A DNA stretch of 63,207 bases, filler included, from Octopus bimaculoides (Eukaryota): assembly GCF_001194135.2 (NCBI RefSeq). It is 8 parts of 7 records of this genome, joined end to end, with 100 filler letters (N's around TTAATTAATTAA, not from the genome) between each part and the next. Parts side by side here need not be neighbours in the genome. Positions count along the whole stretch, not along the records: positions 44,781 to 53,797 come from NC_068992.1; positions 53,898 to 61,370 come from NC_068983.1; positions 61,471 to 63,207 come from NW_026416525.1; 5 more parts are not named here. One strand, given 5' to 3'. Shown in pieces: positions 51,597 through 63,207 of the stretch. The translations under genes were made by a program, and so were the position numbers. Numbering within the stretch: position 1 is the stretch's first letter; the number at the start of each line of letters is the position of its first letter. The notes beneath the pieces were generated by a model. The model was not told the origin of the DNA. It was given only the letters and a program-made list of their open reading frames with translations, and did not search any database.

Positions 51597-52859
51597 TTGT
51601 ATACATATATATTTATTCCCATGATCTTTCGCACCTTCTTCCTCTCAATTCACCCATCTATAAATTACAAATTATCCTAAAATATTCCCCACTAAGACAC
51701 ACACATACACATACATACACGCACGCACGCACACACATACATACACATACACATACACACACATATATATTTATATATATATCAAATATAAAAAATGCAA
51801 AAACTAATTTATGTGTGTCAGTGTGTCACACTTTGACCCCTCTCTCACTATTCAATGACACTTCTACTATTCCTCATGCTGGGGTGAGGGTAATAAGAGA
51901 CATAGAGATGGTGAGAGCGGTGGCGAAGACAAACAGATAGAGAAAGAGAGAAAGAAAAGGGAGAGAGAGAAAGAAACTTAGGGAGACTTGATGATGCTTT
52001 ATTAAAAGTAGTTGTATTGATGGTGGCAGTGGGAGTAATAATGAGAGGGAGAGAAAGAGTGTGTAAGTGAGAGAAAGAGGGAGTGATGTACAACTTTGTT
52101 TAACAATGTCTCTTTGAGACAATTCCTGTGGCCAACATACTGAACACTGAATTCTTTTACACACGCATTTAGCCTTTTGCTTTTATCATTTTTGTTTTAT
52201 TTTTTGCTTTATTTAATACTTATATATATATGATATATATACACATACACACACGCACACACACGCACACACATACAAACACACATAAAATACACTTTAA
52301 TTGAAATAAAATTTCCCCAAAATTAAAGATATCTAATATAATAAATGTGATTGTCTATGTGTCAAGTTTTCATTACTGTGACTGTTTTCGTTATTTTTTT
52401 ACGTGACGTTTTGCAACAAATATTTTTGTACGATAACAATTTTTATAATCTAAAAGCCAACTCCGCGAGTAAATTAAAAACATTCCGGGCCGAATCAGGA
52501 CCTGCAATCCTGAAATTATGGATTCATATGTTTTCATTACTGTGATTGTTTTCGGCGATTTTTTGACATGATTGTTTGCGACGAATATTATCATCACTGG
52601 GAGATGACTGTGGAGGAAGCAATTGCAACAAATTCTCCAAAACAAGTAAGAGATCTGTTATATATATATATATATATATACATATCTGTGTATATATATA
52701 TATGTATATGTATATATCTGTGTATATATATATATATATATTAGATTGAGATAACAAATCCAAGGCTGTGAGGAGTTTTTAGGATATTTATAATGAAATA
52801 GTCTTACAGCTTATATATGATCGCTTGCTAGCCACTAAACCTTTATTATTTTCTCTCTC

Positions 52860-53010
52860 TGTTTATTTCTGCGTTCATTTCTGTCGAAGAGCGTAGGCTC
52901 GAAACGTAAAAGACCTTCTCATTTCCCGAGCGTTAAACTAATACATCTATTTGTTGTTTATGCACTCGTCTTCGTCTTTTGCTTTGTGTAAATTCTCACT
53001 ATATATATGT
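52860..53010 (+). mobile_element. Penelope-type terminal repeat with variant hammerhead (52878-52912)
   Basis: UUU-CUGUCGA-A-GAGC-GUAG-GCUC-GAAACGUA-AAAG. Ends at tatatatatg. Confidence 0.65.
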
Positions 53011-53224
53011 GTCAGACCTTGTTGACTGCCATGAGGCAGGAAAGCATACTAGTCCTTACATATTTAATACTCTATACTTAATACTCAATATTTCATATAT
53101 TCAATAAGACATTCAATATTTCATTTCATTTTACTATTTATATTATATATTCCATATTCTATATCCCACATTAATTTTATAAGAATTTAAATAAAACATA
53201 AAAAACAGAGTTGGAACTCTTTTA

Positions 53225-53264
<40 letters not shown>

Positions 53265-53654
53265 GGAACAAAAACGAAATAGAGAACATTAAAACATTTC
53301 GGGCAGTTACACTTGAGATGGTCCGATCTGGATTCCCCCAAACAAGTCTAAGCTAAGAGCATTAGACCCCTTTGTAAGAAAGCTAGCAAATGTATACGGC
53401 AACAAAGACAAAAAAAAAACGAGAACATTGTACACAATTGCGAATACAAACAACAAGAAATAAGAACAGGTGTCTTTCGACTATTCAGGTGCAACAGTTG
53501 TGATTAAAGCTTAATTAAAAACTTCCATAGTTAATTCATGTTTAGTCACAATTGCAGTCTCCCATTGATCCATGTTATTGATGTTGTTGCTATTGTAGTT
53601 TTTATTGTTGTTGCAGTTATTATTGGAGGTATTGTGATTATTTTTGTTGTTGTT

Positions 53655-53797
53655 GAGCTGGCAGGGCTGTTAGTACGCCGGACAAAATGCTTAGTTGTAT
53701 TTCGTCCGTCTTTATTCTCTGACTTCAAATTCCGCCGAGGTTGTGTTTGCTTTTCAACCCTATCGAGTCGCTAAAATAAGTACCAGTCATGATCTGC
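53655..53797 (+). mobile_element. SINE family A, cut by a gap
   Basis: gagctggcagggctgttagtacgccggacaaaatgcttag...caaattccgccgagg. Confidence 0.8.
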
Positions 53798-53939
53798 NNN
53801 NNNNNNNNNNNNNNNNNNNNNNNNNNNNNNNNNNNNNNNNNTTAATTAATTAANNNNNNNNNNNNNNNNNNNNNNNNNNNNNNNNNNNNNNNNNNNNTAT
53901 ATTATATATATATATATATATTTATATATATAAATAGTT

Positions 53940-54135
53940 ATGTATATAAATGAATAGGCAACAGATTCGGGACTCCACTACAAGGAAATTCCCGTAAGCA
54001 AGCACCTAGACCAATGCCCCGTAGACATAAACCCTAAATACCAAATCTTCCCTCTTTATCAATGTACTGGAAGCACTTCAACCCAGTTCCGTTTAAATAA
54101 GGAAACATACTGATTAAAAAATATAAATCACAGCT
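53940..54135 (+). mobile_element. Penelope-like ORF C-terminus (end of GIY-YIG domain)
   Basis: QQIRDSHYKEIPVSKHLDQC...KYQIFPLYQC...RLNKETY*IKKYKSQLN, matching the PLE R..KE..FI..YKP.LN end. Confidence 0.7.
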
Positions 54136-54765
54136 GAATATCCTTTAGAAAGAAGAAAAAGCAGTAAAAAGAAAAGAAAACTGAATTTCAACACAAAAAA
54201 ACAACCAAGAACAACAAAACTATTTAAAAAAACAACTTTATTAACAATCTTCCACTCGGGTTCCGAAACCGCAACCCCAAATCACCATGCAAACAGCAGT
54301 CGCTGACATTACCCACCTCCAGTCCAATGAAATTCTACAAACACAAGTTGCTGACGTCACCTAACCCCAGACCAATCAAAACCGAACTTTAGCGAACACA
54401 ACGAAATCACCCTTTAAGAGAACCAACCAACCGGAACGACTTTTGACCGTATCCACAAGGAAAGATGCATGTAGTGGTCAAAGCCGAGTGGATTCGTTGT
54501 TTTTTTCTCTTTACCTGCGTGAATTGAGAATATTGCTGTCTGGGAGATATCTTATGGTAGAGAAATAGTATTTAACTGCTATTTCTAAATTTCGGTATGT
54601 GGTGAAGCAATTTGCTGAACCCTTATTATAATTATGCTTATAATTATAGAATTTTTGTATAAGGTTACCGAGAAAGGTTATTTTAACATACCGAACTACT
54701 TGGTAAAATTATTAATTATTAATTAATTAATTAATTAATTAACTTTACCCTTTATTATTATATTA

Positions 54766-54821
<56 letters not shown>

Positions 54822-55391
54822 TATATATGTATATAAATATATAAATGTATATATACAAATATANNNNNNNNNNNNNNNNNNNNNNNNNNNNNNNNNNNNN
54901 NNNNNNNNNNNNNNNNNNNNNNNNNNNNNNNNNNNNNNNNNNNNNNNNNNNNNNNNNNNNNNNNNNNNNNNNNNNNNNNNNNNNNNNNNNNNNNNNNNNN
55001 NNNNNNNNNNNNNNNNNNNNNNNNNNNNNNNNNNNNNNNNNNNNNNNNNNNNNNNNNNNNNNNNNNNNNNNNNNNNNNNNNNNNNNNNNNNNNNNNNNNN
55101 NNNNNNNNNNNNNNNNNNNNNNNNNNNNNNNNNNNNNNNNNNNNNNNNNNNNNNNNNNNNNNNNNNNNNNNNNNNNNNNNNNNNNNNNNNNNNNNNNNNN
55201 NNNNNNNNNNNNNNNNNNNNNNNNNNNNNNNNNNNNNNNNNNNNNNNNNNNNNNNNNNNNNNNNNNNNNNNNNNNNNNNNNNNNNNNNNNNNNNNNNNNN
55301 NNNNNNNNNNNNNNNNNNNNNNNNNNNNNNNNNNNNNNNNNNNNNNNNNNNNNNNNNNNNNNNNNNNNNNNNNNNNNNNNNNNNNNNNNNN

Positions 55392-55437
<46 letters not shown>

Positions 55438-55804
55438 ATATATTACTATGAAATACTGGTAGATATTTGTTCCTGTGTGATATGTATTCAAATCTGACCG
55501 AGGACAAATTTGCCGTTCATTCCTTCGACACTTTTGCCAAGCTGTATCGGGCCTTGTGCTTCCTTTGAGCAGGATTAGTGGCCTGCAGAAGGGAGCCGTG
55601 CGTACTTGGGAAGCTATGCAGACTTTCCATTAAAAATGTTTTTACGGGCCTATACCTTGGAGACTTATTTTCCAGCTTCAAATCTCGGTCTCAGGAGACA
55701 CACAGATGAGCTAAAAACGTGTGTATGTAGTGTGTCTGTATGTGTGTATATACACTTATAGATTCAGATACATATATATATGAGTCTCTGTGTAAATATA
55801 TATG

Positions 55805-55851
<47 letters not shown>

Positions 55852-55861
55852 NNNNNNNNNN

Positions 55862-55907
<46 letters not shown>

Positions 55908-56556
55908 TGTTTGTGTGTGCGCATATATATGTTTGTGAATGTGTGTGTGTATGTGTGTATATAATATATATACGCATACACAAACATATATATATATGTG
56001 TGTGTGCGTGTGTGTGTGTATATGTGTGTGTTTGTGTGTGCGCATATATATGTTTGTGAATGTGTGTGTGTGTATGTGTGTATATAATATATATACGCAT
56101 ACACAAACAAATTCATACAGTTTATATCTATAAATGAAAATATAAAATAAGCACACATACATATATACATACATATATAGATACATACATACATACATAC
56201 ATACATACATACATGGGGGTGTATGTATCTATATATTCTATTTATATTCTGTAATATATACAATTCTGTAACTTTTCGATGCTCAAATAATAGGTATTTC
56301 TGCGAGGGTATTTGCTAGTAGACATCTCGTTTGTTTATTATTTTTTCGGTCACCCGCAATTTCGTTTCTTGGTTTATAGAAAAATGATAGCGCGTTTCGG
56401 CTACCCTCAACTGTTATAAATAGAGCGTGTGTAGTTAGAAATTACCTATTCTCCCCCTCTGGTCCGCTGATGATAGTGCCAAGTATGTGAAACTTTAGGC
56501 TGAAACCTGGAGTTATTTTAAGGGATATATTTCTCAGTGTATTTATTTGTATAAAT

Positions 56557-56596
<40 letters not shown>

Positions 56597-56799
56597 ACAT
56601 ACACACTGACACATACTAATCCACCGATGCATCCATCAATCCACCATCAATGCATATCTGTTGTGTCTGTGTCTGTATGCAGGCGCGCGCGCACGCACAC
56701 TTTAATGTTTGTCAAACACAGTTTTACATTAATCTGATTGATGACTATATACATTTGTAGAGTACAAGTTTATTATTTTTAAGCTAGAATATTATTGAT

Positions 56800-58300
56800 A
56801 GTGACTTCGATGTTTTGGACAGTTGAGCCATCGTCGGACTGTGATAAATTGACTCTTTATAGTCTCTGTTGAGCTAAAATCTTCCTTGGGTATGTGGGCT
56901 TGAGTGCAGTGGTAATTAGGTTTTACGATGGGCTGTGCTAGAGATGTGTTTTGGAAAATTTGCTTATTAATGTATATGGAATTTTGTAAGCAAGTATATT
57001 TACGTATGTTCCCTTAAGATCATACGATTATTTTTTGGTGTCTCACAAAAAGGATTATAGATAGATCTAGAACGTGCCATCCAGGCTTTAAAAACTTACT
57101 ATTTGGACGTATCAACTTTTTGTAATGGAATTTTTTAAGGATTCACAAAAGAGCGTAAGTAGGTGGTGTGTTTTGGCTCGTCAGTTTTTTTTACTTGTTA
57201 CTTAGTGTATTTCCTGTTTATATTTGGAACGTTAGAGCTATTAGTCTGGTATATCATGGTTTCGCTTGGATAGAAATATGGTTACCTCGTGATTTGATGT
57301 TCACAAGAGGATATGGGTAGGTGTAAAGGTTGTTGGTCTGTATCAGGGTTTCATTGTTTTATAAGTAATTTGATTAATATGTAGACATTCTAAACTGATT
57401 TTTATGGAGGCAGGGATTTTGGGCTATGTGCTTATTTTTTTCAATTCTGCTTCAAATGTGGTTATTTTATAATATATTTTTTAGGCCTATGTATATATGC
57501 AAAAGTGGAGCATTATAAAAAGTGGGTACATACTCATGTATACAAATGGAAATAAAATTTAATTTTAAAAAATGATTTTAAAATTAAAAATAGGGAATTT
57601 AAAAAAGAAAAGGGTCTTCCAATTTGTTTGAATACAAATGTGTGTGCATACAAATGATTTATGTTAGAAATATATATGGGGATTCTGCGTGTATATAAGG
57701 AAACTTTTAGGAAATTTCTACAGAACTTGTTTATTTTAAAGCTGTAGAAATGTTTTTTTTTATGTACATTATGCGGATAGTTTACGGTGTAGGTAGAGGG
57801 ACAGAAGATGGTTAGTATTTTTAAAATTTTGCGCTTCCATGAGTTTTGTTCTTGAATGTGGTAAGATTCATTAGTACAAAGTTGGCAAGGTTTGTCATTA
57901 CCTTGGGATGGCTGAGCATGTGAGAGTATTTTTCAATTTATTCTAAAGGAGGTATTTTTTATTATAATGCCCATAAATATTTGAATAGTAACGTATCATT
58001 TTTCCTGTTCGGATTGCGATAAGTGTGCGTGAGTTGGTTATATCGTATCTTGAACTGGTTTGTTGTAGCTGTATGTGGATATAGTAGTTGGTGTTATATT
58101 CGTGAATAGCGTTCCACTGTATCCCATATTTCTTGAGAGGCAGATTCCTTCGAGAGAACAAGATAAATGTGTTTTATTAGTATTACGTAGAATACACTCA
58201 TTACAACAACAACACAAACTTAAAGCAATGTACAGGGAAAATCATACATTAACAATAGGTCTGTTGAAATGGTAATATTTCCTAAAACAGGCCAAGGCCA
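56800..58300 (-). mobile_element. Heavily decayed Penelope-like element (RT to EN)
   Basis: T-rich plus strand. Minus-strand remnants such as KITTFEAELKKIS.IAQNP, and a degenerate hammerhead-like end near 56805-56845. Confidence 0.5.
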
Positions 58301-58888
58301 AACATCGTATAAAGTTGCGGTTTTTAACTTCGTCGTAGGATGAAGATTTAGTCAACTAAATCAAAAGTTAGTTCCTGACTGGCATATAATAGTTGACGAT
58401 AGAAGAATGAAAAATGAAGCCGAAGCCAGCTTGATGTTAATACAGAAAAATGAGAGATATAACGAAGGACCGTAAAACACATGTTCTGGCGCTTTACCAA
58501 TTTTACCACGTGGAATATTATTCTCAGATGGATTTTGATATCGATTTCTTTATTTTAGAGAATTCGTTATCATCACTGCTATTATCAAAAAGAAACAAAA
58601 TTATACCCCATCAACCATTTATATAGATCAGCTGTAATATTTTGACGTTTACAATTTACTCTGTTAATATTTCTTCTCGAACTTTGGAGTGTAAAAGTTG
58701 GTCTGAGAAAGATTATATTTCAACAAAGTGAAGTTTTTCATTATCTTATAATGTTAACCTCAATTCATCCCGCTAGTTAAGTTTTGAGAAAAATGGGATA
58801 TTTTACACTGTAAAATACACTACAAAATGTCTATGAGTCTTCATTGCTTTAGCAACGACCCAAACAATTACAGTAACTCACCTCACAT

Positions 58889-58919
<31 letters not shown>

Positions 58920-58979
58920 GTTATGTTTGTAGGGTTAAAATCCAAGCATTTGGGGTAGTTGGATTATCTATGTATATAC

Positions 58980-59200
58980 CGAAAACCAATATCAAAAGCC
59001 TAGTTAAGACATGGCTTTTAGACTTTCCACTATATCTTCAATTGAAAAGATACTAAACGAAAGAGCAACTCCATTTAACGAAGCTTTCAATAATAGCAGT
59101 TACAAAGAAAAGTGCAAAATGAAAACAAACCTTCCACAATAAATATAACATGTAAGAATAGAAAAAGGAAAATCATAACGCAGATAAAATTGAAGAGAAA
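58980..59200 (+). mobile_element. Penelope-like ORF fragment
   Basis: RLSTISSIEKILNERATPFNEAFNNSSYKE...NRKRKII resembles PLE RLS..SS.E.IF.....Y..AL..SGY...RKRKIIWFNPP. Confidence 0.55.
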
Positions 59201-60630
59201 ACTTGTTCTCATATCCGTGCGTGACAACCGATATCGGATAAAAAAAACGTCAAGATCGAATCAATGTTATGGGTGCGGTCGTCTACAATTTAAAAGTAAC
59301 TGGCCGTTTAAAACTATAAAATGCTTCAAGTGTGGTGAGACAGGTCATAAAAAAATCACACTGTAAACAAAACCTAAAAAACGCTTCATCAGAAAAAAAT
59401 CACGTAAACAGGTTATCGGTGACAAGAAATATGAACGAGCCTCAAAGGGAATTTGTATGTAAAAATGAATAACGAAAACGTAAAGTTACAATTGGATACG
59501 GGCAGAACTATCTCAATAATTAATACAGATACGTGAAAAAAATCGGGCGAACTAGATTAAAAGAAACTTCAAAAATTGGCCGTGGTGTTTCAAGAAGAGA
59601 ATTATATTTTAAGAGCGAATTGATACATTTCGTGAAAAAACCTTAAATGCTAAAGTTTTTGTGTTGAATAATATAAATTTATTCGGAACTGACTGGAAGG
59701 AATTATCTAACTTATGGGGCCTCGAAGTTTCAAATAAAAGAAATTGCCATACTGACATTTAAACAAAAACGAACTGTACCGTTCGCAGCGTTAGAACAAA
59801 TAAACTTAAGGTTAGAGAAAGAGTAGAAAAATTGGAGCTATCCAAAAAGTGGAATATAGTCAATAGGTATCACCAACTGTGTACGTTAAGAAAACGAATT
59901 ATGCAATTAAGGTGTGTGCTGATATTTCCACTGGTTTAAACGAATGTCTTAAAACGTGCCTCTATCCGCTACCTACTCCAGAGGATATTTTTGCGAAATT
60001 AAACGGTGACAAGATATTTTCTAAACTGGATTTCTCTGACGATGTGATGGTGTAAATACCTAACAATTAACACACATAAAGGACTGTATAAATACAGCAG
60101 GTTACCATTTGGCTTAAAAGTCGCACTAACGACTTTTCAACAGATAATGGATGCAATGTTAGCAGACTGTGAATTCGCACTTTCAAATCTGCATAATATA
60201 CTCATTAAAAGCGAATCCAGAGACCAACACATACAACAAGTAAAATATGTATTCGAAAAATTAGGAATTACGACTTTACTTTGAGTGAAAAAAAGTGAAT
60301 TTTTTCTTACAAAATATAAGGTATTTAGGACAAATCATTTCCAGAAATGGACGTCAAGCAGATCCGTCAAGGGCTGACGCAATTAAAAATATGCCCCCCC
60401 CCCTCCGACTAATATTGCGACCTTAAAAGCTTTTGTGGGACTTGCTAAAACAAGAGGTGAAGTGGAGATGGTCGGAAATTTGTCAAAAGGCGTTTGACGA
60501 AATTAAAAACTTCGAACATGCACGGGAAATTCTTGTAGCTTTAGATTCCTCTAAGTACAGTGTAGGAGCTGTAACGCTAAATAAATATAAAGATGGTAAC
60601 ATGAAGGCGGTGATTTATGCCTCACGTTCT
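59200..60630 (+). mobile_element. Decayed Ty3/Gypsy gag-pol fragment
   Basis: Double zinc knuckle CYGCG...CFKCGETGH, protease KLQLDTG, RT LNGDKIFSKLDFSD and INTHKGLYKYSRLPFGLK...FQQIMDAML, RNase H LVALDSSKYSVGAV. Many stops and frameshifts; no LTRs seen. Confidence 0.88.
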
Positions 60631-61109
60631 CTAATATATGTGATAAATATATATNNNNNNNNNNTATATATATATATATATATATATATCACTACAGTAT
60701 TCATCTCCTTTATCCATATCTAGATTTTCAATTCTTTTTAGTGATTTTTTAATATATATCTAACATAGTTTACATTAAAATACAATTACGTATATCCCTT
60801 CGAAAAATCTTTTCTGGGAGGTTAACTTAGCATTATCTCACCTCCATTATTACATCTTCAACCTCATAAATAAACTCTTTTATCACCGTATGCTTTTTTT
60901 TTTTTCAAAATTAATTGTAACAACAGCAAATATTTTTTATCTCTCGATTCATACATAAATACATACATACATACATACATATATATGACGGGCTTGAAGG
61001 TAGTGGTAATGATCTTAAAGGTGTAATGTGGATGTGTAATGATGGAGCAGCTGGTGTGGTGGTGATGCTAGCTGGTGCGGTGGTCTTCCTCACAGTATTT
61101 CATAGTAGA

Positions 61110-61325
61110 CAATATTTTGTGTGTATGTCACATCACGTTTTTGACTTCGTCTGTTATCCCAATTGAGTGTCATAACTCTTACTTTGATATTGTTCATAGC
61201 TCGTGCTCTTGAAAATGCAACATATAATTGGCCATGAGAAAATACCGGTTGAGGCAAATGTATTCCAACGTTTTCAAATGTTTGCCCTTGAGCCTTATTA
61301 ATTGTCGTTGAATATGCAAGTCGAT
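61110..61325 (-). mobile_element. Helitron helicase C-terminal fragment
   Basis: LAYSTTINKAQGQTFENVGIHLPQPVFSHGQLYVAFSRARAMNNIKVR. Confidence 0.88.
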
Positions 61326-61561
61326 GTGGAAACTGATATAATATGATATATATATATATATATATATATANNNNNNNNNNNNNNNNNNNNNNNNNNNNNN
61401 NNNNNNNNNNNNNNTTAATTAATTAANNNNNNNNNNNNNNNNNNNNNNNNNNNNNNNNNNNNNNNNNNNNCGAGTTATTTGTTGTGTTCTTGAGCAAAAT
61501 ATTCTATTGCACGTTGCTTACAAAAAAGAGTAACCCTGTCATGGATCGGCTTCCCGTCCTA

Positions 61562-61909
<348 letters not shown>

Positions 61910-62158
61910 TTAAATTTTTGTCACTCTCATAGACAGATATGGTAATATCTGTAGTTATTATATTTATTATTCAGTTATGAATGTATCAGCATAAATAGAC
62001 ATCATAGGTCTTCTTTCACCGAAAGGTAGCTATACATGAGAGTAGCTGGGTGTAATTTGTGTTCGATTAGGAATGTGATTCCTTCATAGAAACTGAAAAG
62101 TTAATTTCTGTGAGTAAGGCATTTGTTGCGTGTTTATATTTCTTAATAGTAAACTCAC

Positions 62159-62225
62159 CAATATTGAAATCCTCAGCAGCCAATCGCCCAATAAGTGGTA
62201 CTGATGGGTAAAGACGTTGCACTTC
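62159..62225 (-). CDS. CYP4: CYP4-clan P450 exon encoding EVQRLYPSVPLIGRLAAEDFNI(G), K-helix ExxR
   Basis: Minus strand ctttacatttgttctag|GAAGTG...AATATTG|gtgagt. 67 nt, phase 0 in and phase 1 out. Contains ExxR (EVQR) followed by the CYP4-type LYPSVPLIGR. Confidence 0.95.
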
Positions 62226-63072
62226 CTAGAACAAATGTAAAGATTATTATTCTTATTATTCTTAACTGAGGCATTTTGGTTCTTCAATTCACTTTGATAA
62301 AGACTTTTAATAACAGAAATCTTTAGCAAAATTTGAATATGTTGTGATTAGCTTTAAATGTTAGAAATTGTCAAAATTATTGAAATGTCGGAGAAATGCC
62401 TAGTGGTGTTTGTTCCAGCTACTTACTTCTACGTTCAAATACCCCCGCACTTAGCTTTCCATTTCCTCCTTTCTGTGCCTATAAAATACTAAGCAAGGAG
62501 TTCAATCTAAATAATTGATTCCTAATTTCTGAGTTTGAGTCTATGTTAGTATCAATTATTATTTTTGTATTCGATCAAGACAAATCTCATATATCTTTGT
62601 TCCGTATGTTCATTCCTATTTAAAAAAATTTTTCCAACGGAATTTGTATATTTTTTAGTTTGTCCGTAACTTATTCAGGAAAAGAGAGCTATAAAAACAC
62701 TGTTTCTTCGCTAATGAAGGAGAATGTAAGCCTTTCTATCATTATTTCATGCCTTTTAGTGGACAAAATTATAAGCACAATAAAATGATATGTTACACTC
62801 AGCAAGCAAAAAAAAAAAAAACTATCCACTCTTCCTACAAAAGAATCCTGGGTCTTAAATACCAAGTACACAGTTTCATACGTCTTTTTTTTTTAAAGGG
62901 AGATGGATACTGACGATCAAATCCTACACCCAACAACAACCGGTCGATTTAAACCCACAAATCAGTAGTGCACGGGTACTGAACCCAATTGAAACTAACG
63001 CATTTCTGGATATGATTTATTCTTGGTTTTAACTTCTATTTTATTATAATTATTCGAGAAATTTTCATTTAC

Positions 63073-63137
63073 CTTGATAACACATTCCAAATAGATTAAT
63101 TTCTTAAGGTTTGACAGTTTGACTTCTTCAGATTCAC
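63073..63137 (-). CDS. CYP4: Cytochrome P450, clan 4 (CYP4V/CYP4C-like), internal exon encoding (G)ESEEVKLSNLKKLIYLECVIK
   Basis: Minus strand ttcttatttaag|GTGAATCT...GTTATCAAG|gtaaat. 65 nt, phase 1 in and phase 0 out. LxxLxYLECVIK is the J/K-helix lead-in of CYP4 enzymes and joins in frame to the next exon. Subfamily is not resolvable by eye. Confidence 0.93.
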
Positions 63138-63207
63138 CTTAAATAAGAAATCAAAATAATAGGTAGTAACTCTATAAGATGTACCCGGTGCAAGCTATGG
63201 ACACATA

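Noticed and set aside
52115-52152. Minus-strand GHRNCL resembling a P450 heme motif or the missing CYP exon
   Set aside because: Lacks the F and terminal G of FxxGxRxCxG, has no splice context, and the real motif is already at 61711-61740.

Overview
Repeat-dense, AT-rich animal genomic DNA. It is most likely an octopus (inferred from the SINE families, the extreme (TA)n/(CA)n/(GATA)n/(AAT)n load and the mix of Penelope, RLE-LINE, Helitron and mariner remnants). It is a draft assembly with many N gaps, seven of which carry an artificial TTAATTAATTAA linker. Almost all ORFs in the supplied track are microsatellite or transposon noise. The one clearly recognisable host gene is missed by the ORF track: three minus-strand exons (63137-63073, 62225-62159, 61887-61711) of a clan-4 cytochrome P450 with ExxR, PDRF and [10 protein letters not shown] motifs, whose last exon I could not find. 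A weaker candidate is a phase-consistent plus-strand four-exon micro-ORF (66 aa) spread over 16.1-47.0 kb. The most interesting non-coding signals are: a family of minimal hammerhead-ribozyme motifs in Penelope-type termini, including a heritable core variant; a LINE whose 3' tail matches a SINE tail; SINE dimers inside single target-site duplications and a five-copy SINE array; and several long inverted repeats. Boundaries of decayed repeats are approximate and everything was read by eye.
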